Below, one piece after another: positions 1-11,483 of a DNA stretch of 64,000 bases; the first letter of the stretch is position 1, and every line of letters starts with the position of its first letter. Origin of the DNA: Eledone cirrhosa. Its lineage: Eukaryota. Location: the NCBI GenBank assembly GCA_964016885.1, contig OZ024751.1, positions 35,464,001 to 35,528,000 on the forward strand, given 5' to 3'. The translations under genes and the position numbers were made by a program. A model generated the notes under the pieces. The model did no database searches. It had not been told where the DNA came from and saw nothing but the letters and a program-made list of their open reading frames with translations.

Positions 1-29
1 CTATGTGTGTGTATGTTTTCATTTTGTCC

Positions 30-325
30 TTAATTGTAAGTTGTGATGTTGCTATTCCATTCATGTTTTCTATTTAATTTTGGTTGGAGTTCATTTATGT
101 TTATTGCCTCTGTGATTTGTCTAAACATTGCGTCTTTTCTGTGTGTAGATTTTATTTTTATTTCTATGTTCTCTAATTTGCCCTTATGTTCTATTTTAGC
201 ATGTTGGTGGAGTACTGATGACTCTTTTCTATCTTGAAGCTCTCGCCAGTGTTCATTTAATCGTTCTCCTATACTACGAGCTGTCTCACCTATGTACACT
301 ATATTTTTATCTTTACATTGACAAT
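30..325 (-). pseudogene. Penelope-like element GIY-YIG endonuclease C-terminal fragment
   Basis: Translation CQCKDKNIVYIGETARSIGERLNEH...SVLHQH...RQITEAININELQPKLN shows the YIGET..R..EH..H..E..I...P.LN layout of PLE GIY-YIG domains; 5' part replaced by a (CAC/CAT)n tract. Confidence 0.85.
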
Positions 326-690
326 GTGGTGATGGTGGTGGTGGTGATGGTGGTGGTGATGGTGGTGATGGTGATGGTGGTGGTGGTGGTGATGGTGGTG
401 TTGGTGATGGTTGTGGTGATGGTGGTGGTAATGGTGGTGATGGTGATGGTGGTGGTGGTGGTGGTGGTGATGATGGTGATGGTGGTGGTGATGATGGTGG
501 TGGTGATGGTGGTGGTGATGGTGATGGTGGTGGTGGTGATGATGGTGATGGTGGTGGTGGTGGTGATGGTGGTGATGGTGGTGATGGTGGTGGTGGTGAT
601 GATAATGGTGGTGATGGCAGTTGTCATCGTGATGTTGATGGTGGTGGTAGTGGTGGTGGTGGTGGTGGTCATGGGGATGATGATGGTGGT
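326..690. repeat. (GGT/GAT)n compound trinucleotide repeat
   Basis: Visible directly; gives the poly-His/Val/Thr pseudo-ORFs. Confidence 0.95.
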
Positions 691-914
691 GAAGGAAGGG
701 TTGTGTCCATGACACTTTCCGGGAAGTTTGAGCCTGGAGATAGAGACTTTTACAGAATATAACAAAGTAGGGTGAGGAGGTAGAAGGTGGGGCGAGAGGG
801 TGAGGGGTGAGGGAGAGAGAGTAATAGAAGGAAGAGAGGAGAGGAGAGAGGAATAGAAGGAAGAGGGGGAGAGGAGAGAGAAGAATAGAAGGAAGAGAGG
901 GAGAGGGAAGAGAG

Positions 915-950
<36 letters not shown>

Positions 951-999
951 CTATGTAGAGGTTATATTTATAACGTCAGACAAGGCAATATATATATAT

Positions 1000-1080
1000 T
1001 GCCTTGTCTGACGAACGAATGAGGACGTTTCTTGTATTCGTCTTATTCGGGAAACCTCTGGTAATGAGGTAATTATATTG
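1000..1080 (+). ncRNA. Degenerate type I hammerhead ribozyme
   Basis: CTGACGA (1008-1014), ~11-bp stem II, GAAA (1051-1054), stem III CCTC/GAGG, GTA triplet; stem I pairs poorly. Confidence 0.5.
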
Positions 1081-1129
1081 CATTGTTTATTATACATTAA
1101 ATTATATATATATATATTATATATATTTA

Positions 1130-1216
1130 TTAAAATAACAGATTAAAGTTTAAGCAAAGAATCGCTGCTTTCACCCTTAACGGGATCTTTGCTTAAACTT
1201 TAATCTGTTATTTTAA
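1130..1216. repeat. 31-bp perfect inverted repeat next to (TA)n
   Basis: ttaaaataacagattaaagtttaagcaaaga (1130-1160) and its reverse complement (1186-1216). Confidence 0.9.
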
Positions 1217-1585
1217 CGGTTCTTATATATTTGATATATATTTATCCTTATCGAGCCCTCTTTGGATTTTAGTCTTTAAATTTATTATTATTACTATATA
1301 TTATATATATATTATATATATATATATATTATATATATATTATATATATATATATAAGCTAATATCTTCAAACTTTGAGCAGTCAGTGTATGTAAAAGAC
1401 TTTGTTTATTTGTTCCTATTAACAAAATACGTGTGCACTGATTATATAATAAACATAATTATAAATTACTGCAACAGTTTGAACACCTAACCTTTATTGT
1501 ACGCAATCATTTCTTAATGAGTTTGGTCTCAAAATATTTGTCTACCTACACACATAGTTTAGATGGAACAGTTATGAACCAGCAT

Positions 1586-1962
1586 TATGTGGGATGGCAG
1601 TATCGGTAGAGGGTCTGACGCTATGCTTTTCAGCAAAGAGTTACGCCCCTTAATGGTTTGCGTTCAAATCCCGCCGAGGTTAACTTTGCCTTTCATCCTT
1701 ACGGGGTCGATAAAATAAAGTACCAGTAATGTATTGGGTTATTGCTGGCCTTGTGCCTAAAGTAGAAACAATTATGTGGGATGGCAGTATCGGTAGAGCG
1801 TCAGATGCCATATTTTGCAGCATAGAGTTACGGTCCTTTATGATCTGAGTTCAAATCCCGCCGAGGTTAACTTTGCCTTTCATCCTTACGGGGTCGATAA
1901 AATAAAGTACCAGTAATACACTAGCATAATTGCTGGCCTTGTGCCAAAAGCAGAAACAGTTA
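1586..1962 (+). mobile_element. Two tandem tRNA-derived SINEs with Meta/Sauria-like core
   Basis: Each unit (1586-1772, 1773-1962) has an A-box-like TGGCAGTATCGG, B box GTTCAAATCCC and core gccgaggttaactttgcctttcatccttacggggtcgataaaataaagtaccag. Confidence 0.85.
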
Positions 1963-2082
1963 TTGATAGATGAACCAAAACAGAAACGGTTCTGTATGAG
2001 CAAGACATGGTCATTTGATCTGACTTGTCTCTCAACGGGACATGTATATATATGTATATATATATATATCTGTATATATATA

Positions 2083-2117
<35 letters not shown>

Positions 2118-2118
2118 G

Positions 2119-2180
<62 letters not shown>

Positions 2181-2194
2181 TATATATATATATA

Positions 2195-2261
<67 letters not shown>

Positions 2262-2427
2262 GCATATATATATATATAGAAAACGAAAAATGAGTGATGC
2301 ATCTGCAAAACAATTGTAACACAATAAATTAAGTTCAGATGCATCAATCATTTTTTGTTTTCTATTCTATCATACTAGCATAGAGTGCTCAATCGGTATA
2401 GCGCCTATGGAATCATCTTAGTTACCA

Positions 2428-2501
<74 letters not shown>

Positions 2502-3060
2502 TGTTATACTTGGGGAGGGTCATATTGTTGTAATAATATTGCCAGAATTAATAACAGAACACACTCAGTCTGGTTGGTTTTCGCTTCTGTATCTTCTTTA
2601 TCAGTTAATCTATTCGGTCCTCCATGTTTACCATTGACTGACCAACGGTCAAAAATACAGATATAATATAGAAACAAACACGCACATATATATATGCATA
2701 CATAAATATATATATATATATCCATCCACACACACACACACAAACTTACATCTACACATACACACACACATACACACACATACGCACATACACACACACT
2801 CACATCTACACATATACACGCACTTTATCTTCCACCGTCTCTTCCTCGACTTTGAGTACCTTTGCAGCCCCCTATACTCTCTCCCCTCCTTCTCCCCCAA
2901 CCCACCTACATACTACCACCCCTATGTACCCCTCCATCTTTGACCTATACCCATTCTACCCCTTTTATTTTTATTTTTATCATTATATTTTATTTTTTAC
3001 ATTATAACTTTCCCCCTTAAAACCCTCCTTACTCCTTCTCGGATTTCCTGTTCTCCAAAC

Positions 3061-3096
3061 TTTCCCGATGAAGGACTTACGTTCGAAACGTTGAAA
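3061..3096 (+). ncRNA. Minimal PLE-type hammerhead ribozyme (core variant CCGATGA)
   Basis: TTTC-CCGATGA-A-GGAC ttac GTTC-GAAA-CG-TT-GAAA: 4-bp stem I, 4-bp stem II, palindromic AACGTT stem III; U4>C change. Confidence 0.6.
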
Positions 3097-3650
3097 CCTT
3101 CTCCACTTCCACCAAGTGTGAACCTAATATAACTGTACAATTACCTCCTGTGTTTTGTTTGTTCATTTTCAACTATTTATCACTAGTTAAATACCCAGGC
3201 CCCAGTTCTGAGTACAACTATTATTACACAGATTATAATATCACAACTACATATATTATTACATTATAATAGCTTAACTAGAAACTAAAGTGATTTGATT
3301 AGCTTGTTAATTTACCACTTATGAGGGTGTGTTTCTGTTAAAATAACCTCAACATAGATATTTAGATGTATATGAGTGCATATAACAATTATATTTCTAA
3401 TATGTTATATATATCAAAGGTTGTTTATTGCAATACGGACTGGTGTTATTGTGTTATGGTGTTATTGTGTTACGGTGATATGGTAGATTGAATGGCAAAT
3501 ATCTTTGATTTAATTAGGGTCTTACTGCTTCTAAATTATTAGAAAACTATTAACAAGAATTGGTTTTGTAAATAATTCTTCTGTTTGTTCTTCACATTAA
3601 AGGAATCCGTCACGTCAATTGTTCCATTAATTACTTCGTTAACTAACACC

Positions 3651-3928
3651 AACAATCTCTTGTACTCCTCAACACCCTCCAACATTCTCTGGTACTCCCC
3701 GACACCCTCCAACAATCTCTGGTACTCCTCAACACCCTCCAACATTCTCTGGTACTCCCCGACACCCTCCAACAATCTCTGGTACTCCCCGACACCCTCC
3801 AACATTCTTTGGTACTCCCCGACACCCTCCAACAATCTCTGGTACTCCCCGACACCCTCCAACAATCTCTGGTACTCCCCGACACCCTCCAACAATCTCT
3901 GGTACTCCCCGACACCCTCCAGCATTCT
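3651..3928. repeat. 30-bp minisatellite, ~9 copies
   Basis: Unit aacaatctctggtactccccgacaccctcc. Confidence 0.95.
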
Positions 3929-4124
3929 GTAACATTCTCCTATATACTTCAGCACATAAATTTATATACATACTTATATATAGTCTATATATATATAGTC
4001 TATATATATAGTCTATATATATATAGCCTATATATATAGTCTATATATATAGTCTATATATATAGCCTATATATATAGTCTATATATATATAGTCTATAT
4101 ATATATATAGTCTATATATATATG

Positions 4125-4228
4125 TAGGAAAAGAGTCAGGACTCTTTTCCTATTACCCACTCTACTACCCTAAGTATTGAGTACTCTGGTGCGTTAAGAT
4201 CCACCTGGCTCCTTACCACATTTCCTTC

Positions 4229-4231
<3 letters not shown>
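4125..4231 (+). mobile_element. Family A (TA)n-inserted mini-element with short 5' fold-back
   Basis: taggaaaagagtc-ag-gactcttttccta hairpin, then the shared body ending ccttcgtt(TA)n; homologous to 5526, 18302, 19022, 40651. Confidence 0.85.
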
Positions 4232-4412
<181 letters not shown>

Positions 4413-4995
4413 CTAAAAGGTGATGTGTCAGCATGGCCGCAGTTTTTTTATATATATATATATAGACTGCGGCCATGCTGGAACACCACCTTTACTCGGA
4501 AGCTGGTGATTGAACTGCAGCTCATCTGCCTTCATCACAAGAATAAAGCCGTTTACCACTTGAAAGGATATCACCACGGTTACTAAGGGGTTTCATCTTC
4601 CCCAATTTTGAAATCAGAGAGATCTTTCTCTTAGACAACCAACCAAGGCTAACAAGTGAACTCTGTCCACCAATTGTTTGTTTATACACTATTAGATGAC
4701 CGTTGACCTCCTTGAGTTCCTCTACCCTTTAACAGGTTTTCTTTTTCATCCCGTAATGTGTCCCAAAACCACCCTCGCTACCAAGTTGCACTGGTGACCT
4801 GGTCAGGTGTAGTGTTAGCTGGACATATTCCAATTCCTGTAAATTATCTCTTCTAATTACATGACTGAAAATAATCAGATAATGCCTACAAATAAAGGTC
4901 TAAATCTTATCAATGTTGGTTTATCAAAAACTATATTTAATGTTGACTAATGGATATCTCCCTGACACACGCACACACAAACACAAATATATATA

Positions 4996-5071
<76 letters not shown>

Positions 5072-5194
5072 GGAAGTGAGTTTTATTGTAGTTCAATAAA
5101 GCAATGCAGATATCGGATAAGAAGCACTCTACAGTTTGTAGGACTGGAGTATACATAATATATAAGATCAAAAGATGGTTAAATGAGTTCCATG

Positions 5195-5265
5195 TATTTT
5201 ATTATGCGCATTTCAAAAACAAATATCATCATGCAATAACATTTGTGTTTTCAGCAGATAAAATA
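5195..5265 (-). ncRNA. Type I hammerhead ribozyme, core mutated to CTGCTGA
   Basis: Reverse complement of 5379-5449 with A6>C. Confidence 0.65.
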
Positions 5266-5378
5266 GGACATGATATGAAGGTTAAAAACACTTGTGGATA
5301 GTGCAGTTTTAAATCAACATATGTTGATTTAAAACTGCACTATCCACAAGTGTTTTTAACCTTCATATCATGTCCTCC

Positions 5379-5449
5379 TATTTTATCTGATGAAAACACA
5401 AATGTTATTGCATGATGATATTTGTTTTTGAAATGCGCATAATAAAATA
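5379..5449 (+). ncRNA. Type I hammerhead ribozyme
   Basis: TATTTTAT-CTGATGA-long stem II-GAAA-TGCGCA-TA-ATAAAATA; 8-bp perfect stem I, palindromic ATGCGCAT stem III. Confidence 0.88.
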
Positions 5450-5525
5450 CATGGAACTCATTTAACCATCTTTTGATCTTATATATATATATTTATATAT
5501 TTATATATATATATATATATATTTA

Positions 5526-5720
5526 TAACGAAGGAAATGTGGTAAGGAACCAGGTGGACCATAACGCACCAAAGTACTCAATACTTAGGGTAGTAGAGTG
5601 GGTAATGGGAACGAGTAGGACCCCGACGGCAGAACTCAAGCCGTTTCGACGGCTAATTCAGTTCAGAATTAGCCGTCGAAACGGGTTGAGCTCAGCCGTC
5701 GGGGTCCTACTCGTTCCTAT
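5526..5720 (-). mobile_element. Family A mini-element with 3' half of a hammerhead and ~52-bp fold-back
   Basis: Hairpin 5608-5717; both strands read stem-GAAA-CGG..loop..CCG-TC-GGGGTCC; CTGANGA absent. Confidence 0.85.
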
Positions 5721-5741
5721 ATATATTTATATATATATATA

Positions 5742-6399
5742 TGGCATGGGTTAAGAATAACGTCCTCGAAAATGAAAGTGGATTTTTTGACAAGTGAATG
5801 TGTTGTTTTTTTTTTTTTACAGTGAAATTTACGATACACTCTTTGTTTATTTACAACAGGTCTCTATAGTGATATGGTGTTAATTAGTATTGCGTGTGAT
5901 TATTTTCTCATATATATATGTGTGGGTGTGTATATGTGTGTATATATATGTGTGTCTGTATGTATATATATATGTGTGTTTGTATATATATATGTGTTTG
6001 TGTCATCATCATCGTTTAGATGTTTTTGTTATATCTTGCCAAAGTTGGCACCAACTATAAACAAATTAAGGCCGGGTCATAAGAAGGACAGAGAATGATA
6101 AGGGATTTGGGTAAAAACATCTAAACGATGATGATGACACAAACATATATATATATACAAACACACATATATATATACATAGAACACACATATATATACA
6201 CACATATACACACCCACACATATATATATAAGAGAAAATAATCACACAGGCAATACTAATTAACACCATATCACTATAGAGACCTGTTGTAAATAAACAA
6301 AGAGTGTATCGTAAATTTCATTGTAAAAAACAAAACAAACATGTTCACTTGTCAGAAAATCCACTTTCATTTTCGAGGACGTTATTCTTAACCTATGCC

Positions 6400-6401
<2 letters not shown>
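5742..6401. mobile_element. Large inverted repeat (~290-bp arms, ~85-bp spacer) in (TA)n; probable PLE 3' end with inverted pseudo-LTR
   Basis: Arms 5742-6028 and 6113-6401; spacer translates KLAPTINK, resembling the PLE C-terminal KL.P.LN motif. Confidence 0.75.
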
Positions 6402-6465
<64 letters not shown>

Positions 6466-6481
6466 TATGTATATATATTAT

Positions 6482-6517
<36 letters not shown>

Positions 6518-6520
<3 letters not shown>

Positions 6521-6708
6521 TTCTATCGTTGCTTTGGTATATATTGTGTGTTAGTTTCGCCTACCACAATGTTCGATTTGTCAAGCTATTTAAACGTATG
6601 TTATTACTCTAAGGCCCCAACTTATCGAGTGCGTTGCTAACTCATCATTTCATATAAGTAGGCCGAATTTACTTGCAAACCGCCAGAGATTCGATTTTAC
6701 TATTTTCC

Positions 6709-6788
<80 letters not shown>

Positions 6789-7061
6789 GGAAATCAGTAA
6801 AATCGAATCTCTGGCGGTTTGCAAGTAAATTCGGCCTACTTATATGAAATGATGAGTTAGCAACGCACTCGATAAGTTGGGGCCTTAGAGTAATAACATA
6901 CGTTTAAATAGCTTGACAAATCGAACATTGTGGTAGGCGAAACTAACACACAATATATACCAAAGCAACGATAGAACTAATCAGGTTGAGAAAAATACAC
7001 CTGGACAAATCAAACGGGCATACGTTTAAAGTGTTTCTCTGAATCCGAAATCAAATATCAA

Positions 7062-7065
<4 letters not shown>
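6518..7065. repeat. Inverted repeat (~195-bp arms) centred on a (TA)n tract
   Basis: 6518-6712 is the reverse complement of 6785-6982; diverged relative at 37390-37522. Confidence 0.9.
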
Positions 7066-7141
<76 letters not shown>

Positions 7142-7147
<6 letters not shown>

Positions 7148-7496
7148 ATACTTTGGGAGGGTCATGTTGCCAATAAGACACACACGCACCAGTTGTTTCA
7201 CTCCATTTTATTATAAATTAAATTTATAAATTTAAGAATTTATAAATTTCCGGTTGGTTGGTTAGTTCCATAACCGGAGGGTTGTTCATATATTGTCAAA
7301 GTTCTTTCGTCACACATTCTGTGACCTCTTCAGTGACTGGGATTCTTTTCATTGTTTTTGTGCCTCTCCTTTGTTCTGTCCTACGCCATCTTGTTTTTGT
7401 GTGTCTTATTGGTAACATGACCCTCTCAAAGCATAACAATATTGGTTTCAACACACGTTTTCAGATAAAGAATCCTGCTAAACAAATTCAGAAACG

Positions 7497-7500
<4 letters not shown>
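7142..7500 (-). mobile_element. (TA)n-inserted element with 43-bp terminal/subterminal inverted repeats and an internal hammerhead
   Basis: IR 7142-7184 vs 7398-7440; same terminus at 2500-2525 and 4269-4315. Confidence 0.8.
7295..7337 (-). ncRNA. Minimal type I hammerhead ribozyme
   Basis: GTCA-CTGAAGA-G-GTCAC agaatgt GTGAC-GAAA-GAAC-TT-TGAC. Confidence 0.75.
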
Positions 7501-7537
<37 letters not shown>

Positions 7538-7543
<6 letters not shown>

Positions 7544-8070
7544 TAATAAATGGAAACTATATTTATAAAACCATATTTATTTTATTATACATATTTCAAG
7601 GGCAACCAAGGAAAATTATGGTGCGCTTTCATCAGATAAAATACAGATTTGTTTTATAAATAAATATTGACGTACCCGGAAAAAAAGACAACCTTAACGG
7701 TTGGAGCTTCCTGGATAGTGGGGATAGTACATTTATTGAGGGTGATACAAAATTATGAGTGAGTATGCAAATGAGTTTCCGAAAGGTTGAAAAGATAACA
7801 GTTTATTTAAATTAAACTGTTGGAAGAAGATATGTAAGGGAGAGAGAAAAAAATAGAAAAAAGAAAAAAAGAAAAAAAGAAAAAAAGAAAAAAGGAAAAA
7901 GAAAAAAAGAAAGGAGAAAGATAGAAGAGGAAAGAAAGAACGATTATATATATTGATAGTGAAAATAAATATGGTTTTATAAATATAGTTTCCATTTATT
8001 AATATATCGTATATTTACTCCACTAACTTGTTGAGTGCTTTATATCAGTTTTAACATTTTTTAAATTAAA
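7538..8070. mobile_element. Hammerhead-bearing insert with 46-bp inverted arms in (TA)n
   Basis: Arms 7538-7583 and 7962-8007; hammerhead on the minus strand. Confidence 0.75.
7578..7643 (-). ncRNA. Type I hammerhead ribozyme
   Basis: TATTTTAT-CTGATGA-AAGCGCACCA..TGGTTGCCCTT-GAAA-TATGTA-TA-ATAAAATA. Confidence 0.85.
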
Positions 8071-8085
8071 TATAACCTCTGCATG

Positions 8086-8216
<131 letters not shown>

Positions 8217-8447
8217 ATGTGTGTATGTGTGTGTGTGTGCATGTGTGTATGTGTGTATGTGTGTGTGTGTGTGTGTGAGTCTTGGGTTCAATGGGGGGTA
8301 ACTACAGTAAGTAAGTACTCAATACATTAGTAGAGTGTAAACATCATGTTTAATATAGAAGTGGTTTCTACAGGACTAGAACTGTTTCATTCGAAAGAAA
8401 TCATCAATACTGTAATACATCAACTGATGTGAATTTTAATTCATATT

Positions 8448-8503
8448 GGCCATCATCATCATCATAGCCACTACCACCACCACCACCACCATCATCATCA
8501 TAG

Positions 8504-8537
<34 letters not shown>

Positions 8538-8539
8538 AA

Positions 8540-8576
<37 letters not shown>

Positions 8577-8578
8577 AG

Positions 8579-8615
<37 letters not shown>

Positions 8616-8617
8616 AA

Positions 8618-8654
<37 letters not shown>

Positions 8655-8656
8655 AA

Positions 8657-8693
<37 letters not shown>

Positions 8694-8784
8694 AGCCACT
8701 ACCACTCCACCACCACCACCACCATCATCATCATCATAACCACTACCACCACCACCACCACCACCACCATCATCATCATCATAA

Positions 8785-8815
<31 letters not shown>

Positions 8816-8862
8816 AACCACTACCACCACCACCACCACCACCACCATCATCATCATCATAA

Positions 8863-8893
<31 letters not shown>

Positions 8894-8940
8894 AACCACT
8901 ACCACCACCACCACCACCACCACCATCATCATCATCATAA

Positions 8941-8974
<34 letters not shown>

Positions 8975-9017
8975 AGCCACCACCACCACCACCACCATCA
9001 TCATCATCATAGCCACC

Positions 9018-9048
<31 letters not shown>

Positions 9049-9062
9049 GAGCCACTACCACT

Positions 9063-9093
<31 letters not shown>

Positions 9094-9147
9094 AGCCACT
9101 ACCACTCCACCACCACCACCATCATCATCATCATAGCCACTACCACT

Positions 9148-9178
<31 letters not shown>

Positions 9179-9191
9179 AGCCACTACCACT

Positions 9192-9224
<33 letters not shown>

Positions 9225-9233
9225 TAACCACTA

Positions 9234-9270
<37 letters not shown>

Positions 9271-9353
9271 AGCCACTACCACTCCACCACCACCACCATC
9301 ATCATCATCATAGCCACTACCACTCCACCACCATCATCATCATAACCACTACC

Positions 9354-9385
<32 letters not shown>

Positions 9386-9846
9386 GACCACCACCATCAT
9401 CATCATAGCCACTACCACTCCACCACCATCATCATAATCACTACCACCACCACGACCACCACGACCACCACCACTATCATGATCATCTCTACCACCCCAT
9501 CACCACCATCATCCCACCATCACCACCATCATTATCATCACTACCACCCCATCACCACCATCATCTCCACCATCACCATCATCATTATCATCTCTACCAC
9601 CACCATCACCACCATCATCCCACCATCACCACCACCATCATTATCATCACTACCACCCCATCACCACCATCATCATTATCATCTCTACCACCACCATCAC
9701 CACCATCATCTCCACCATCACCACCACCATCATTATCATCACTACCACCACCATCACCACCATCATCCCACCATCACCACCACTGCCACCATCACCACCA
9801 CTGCCACCACCTCCACCACCATCACCACCATCACCACCATCATCAT
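8448..9846. repeat. (CAC)n(CAT)n compound repeat with ~36-48-bp higher-order unit
   Basis: Recurring (a/g)ccacta(cca)n(tca)nta unit, decaying towards the 3' end. Confidence 0.95.
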
Positions 9847-9854
9847 ATAGAGGA

Positions 9855-10003
9855 AGAATCGACTCCAGTACTTGATTGGTACTTTTTTTATCGCCCTCTA
9901 ATGGCTAAAAGATAAAGTTGACCTCGGCGGGATTTGAACTCAGGCAGCAGAGGGCCGAAATGAATACCACAAGGTATTCTAACAACTTTGTCAATTCCTC
10001 GCC
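9855..10003 (-). mobile_element. tRNA-derived SINE (Meta-like core)
   Basis: gacctcggcgggatttgaactc and ggtac...tatcg core in reverse. Confidence 0.75.
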
Positions 10004-10081
10004 TCTAACTACATATTGCATAAGGAAAAAAAAAAAAAAAATCCAGCATGGGAGGTAACTCTAGCACAGTTATTATTATTC

Positions 10082-10250
10082 CCCGGTGTGGATTGGCAGA
10101 ATCAGTAGAGCGTCGGAAAAGGTTTTATGGCAGAGAATTACGTTCCGCTGAGGTTAGCTTTGCCTTTCATCCTGACGGGGTCGAGTAAATAAAGAACCAG
10201 TAATGTACTGGGGTATATTTAATCGACGTTCCCCTCCTGCCAAATGTCTG
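10082..10250 (+). mobile_element. tRNA-derived SINE (Meta-like core)
   Basis: tggcagaatcagtagagcgtcgg ... ctttgcctttcatcctgacggggtcgagtaaataaagaaccag. Confidence 0.75.
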
Positions 10251-10379
10251 CCTTCACCAGAAACCCTCTCCCCATTCGAGGTATGTAAACCCCTAATCTG
10301 GGAGGTGACGTGTTGTAACTCGTTCGGCCCCCAAACCCCAGCACCATTTATGTTGATTAAATGACACGTGGACGTGATT

Positions 10380-10421
<42 letters not shown>

Positions 10422-10475
10422 GTGCGTATGCACATCTCTGTATATATGTATGTATATATATATATGTATATATGC

Positions 10476-10563
<88 letters not shown>

Positions 10564-10565
10564 TA

Positions 10566-10631
<66 letters not shown>

Positions 10632-11483
10632 CGTGTGATGATTATTCAGTAGAGTATAATAACATTAATAATTAAATTATTATTTCATGTAAAACAACTG
10701 ATGGCGCCTTTGATACCAGCAAAACAAATCATACAAACACACACAAAACAATTATTTACTAATCCTGTTATTTCGTGGAATTAATTTATAAAGCGATTAA
10801 AGGTTTAACACCTCCATTGCACTTGTAAAGTAGAATAACTAAATAGGGAGAGAACCGTTAATATCAACCATTTTTTTTTATCGATTTTAAACAATCCGCC
10901 ATCTTGGTGGGGGGTTGATCCGATTTAGGTGTTCAATTGAGTTACAAAACAGACTCAAGTTATTCAGTAGCTGTTTTAGTATTCCAGTGAATCAATCACC
11001 ACTTTGTCATCGATGCATTTGGTAGATATAACTGTATCTTTTCTTATTTTCTTCTGTAACTTTATATTTCATATCTAATTCTGTCCGCCGGGGCGATGTT
11101 CCCCTATTTATTTATATTAGTGAGAGATGGGGAGAGATGCGAGAGATGGAGGTAGTGACTGTACCAGCATTGTTGAAGTATTTTGTAGAGTTAAAGTTTA
11201 ATCGAATACAATTACAGTAAAAGAGACATCTCTGCTACCAACATCACAACACTGACTCAGATCTTAAAATTGTAAATATTTTACGACATAATACACCTTC
11301 ATTAAGGAATCAATTACACCAGTCATCGATATATTTTGTAAAAATAATTATTATAGGGTAACTCCAGCTTATCGTTAAGTGTGATTGAAGTTACGGAGTT
11401 TTTAGCACTTTATGTTTTGAGAAATTATTCATGGTTTCTAATTTAGGAACAAAACCAGCGAAGTGTGGAGAAGTGAAAGTCAG

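Larger units (their letters stand above)
5069..5483. mobile_element. Fold-back element with two opposed hammerheads in (TA)n (copy 1)
   Basis: Near-perfect ~160-bp-arm palindrome centred on catatg (5318-5323); second copy at 43859-44216. Confidence 0.9.

Noticed and set aside
1851-2351. [12 protein letters not shown] ORFs throughout the track
   Set aside because: Translations of (TA)n and (CA)n microsatellites
3539-3955. LEGVGEYQR repeat protein
   Set aside because: 30-bp minisatellite open in several frames; no splice or homology support
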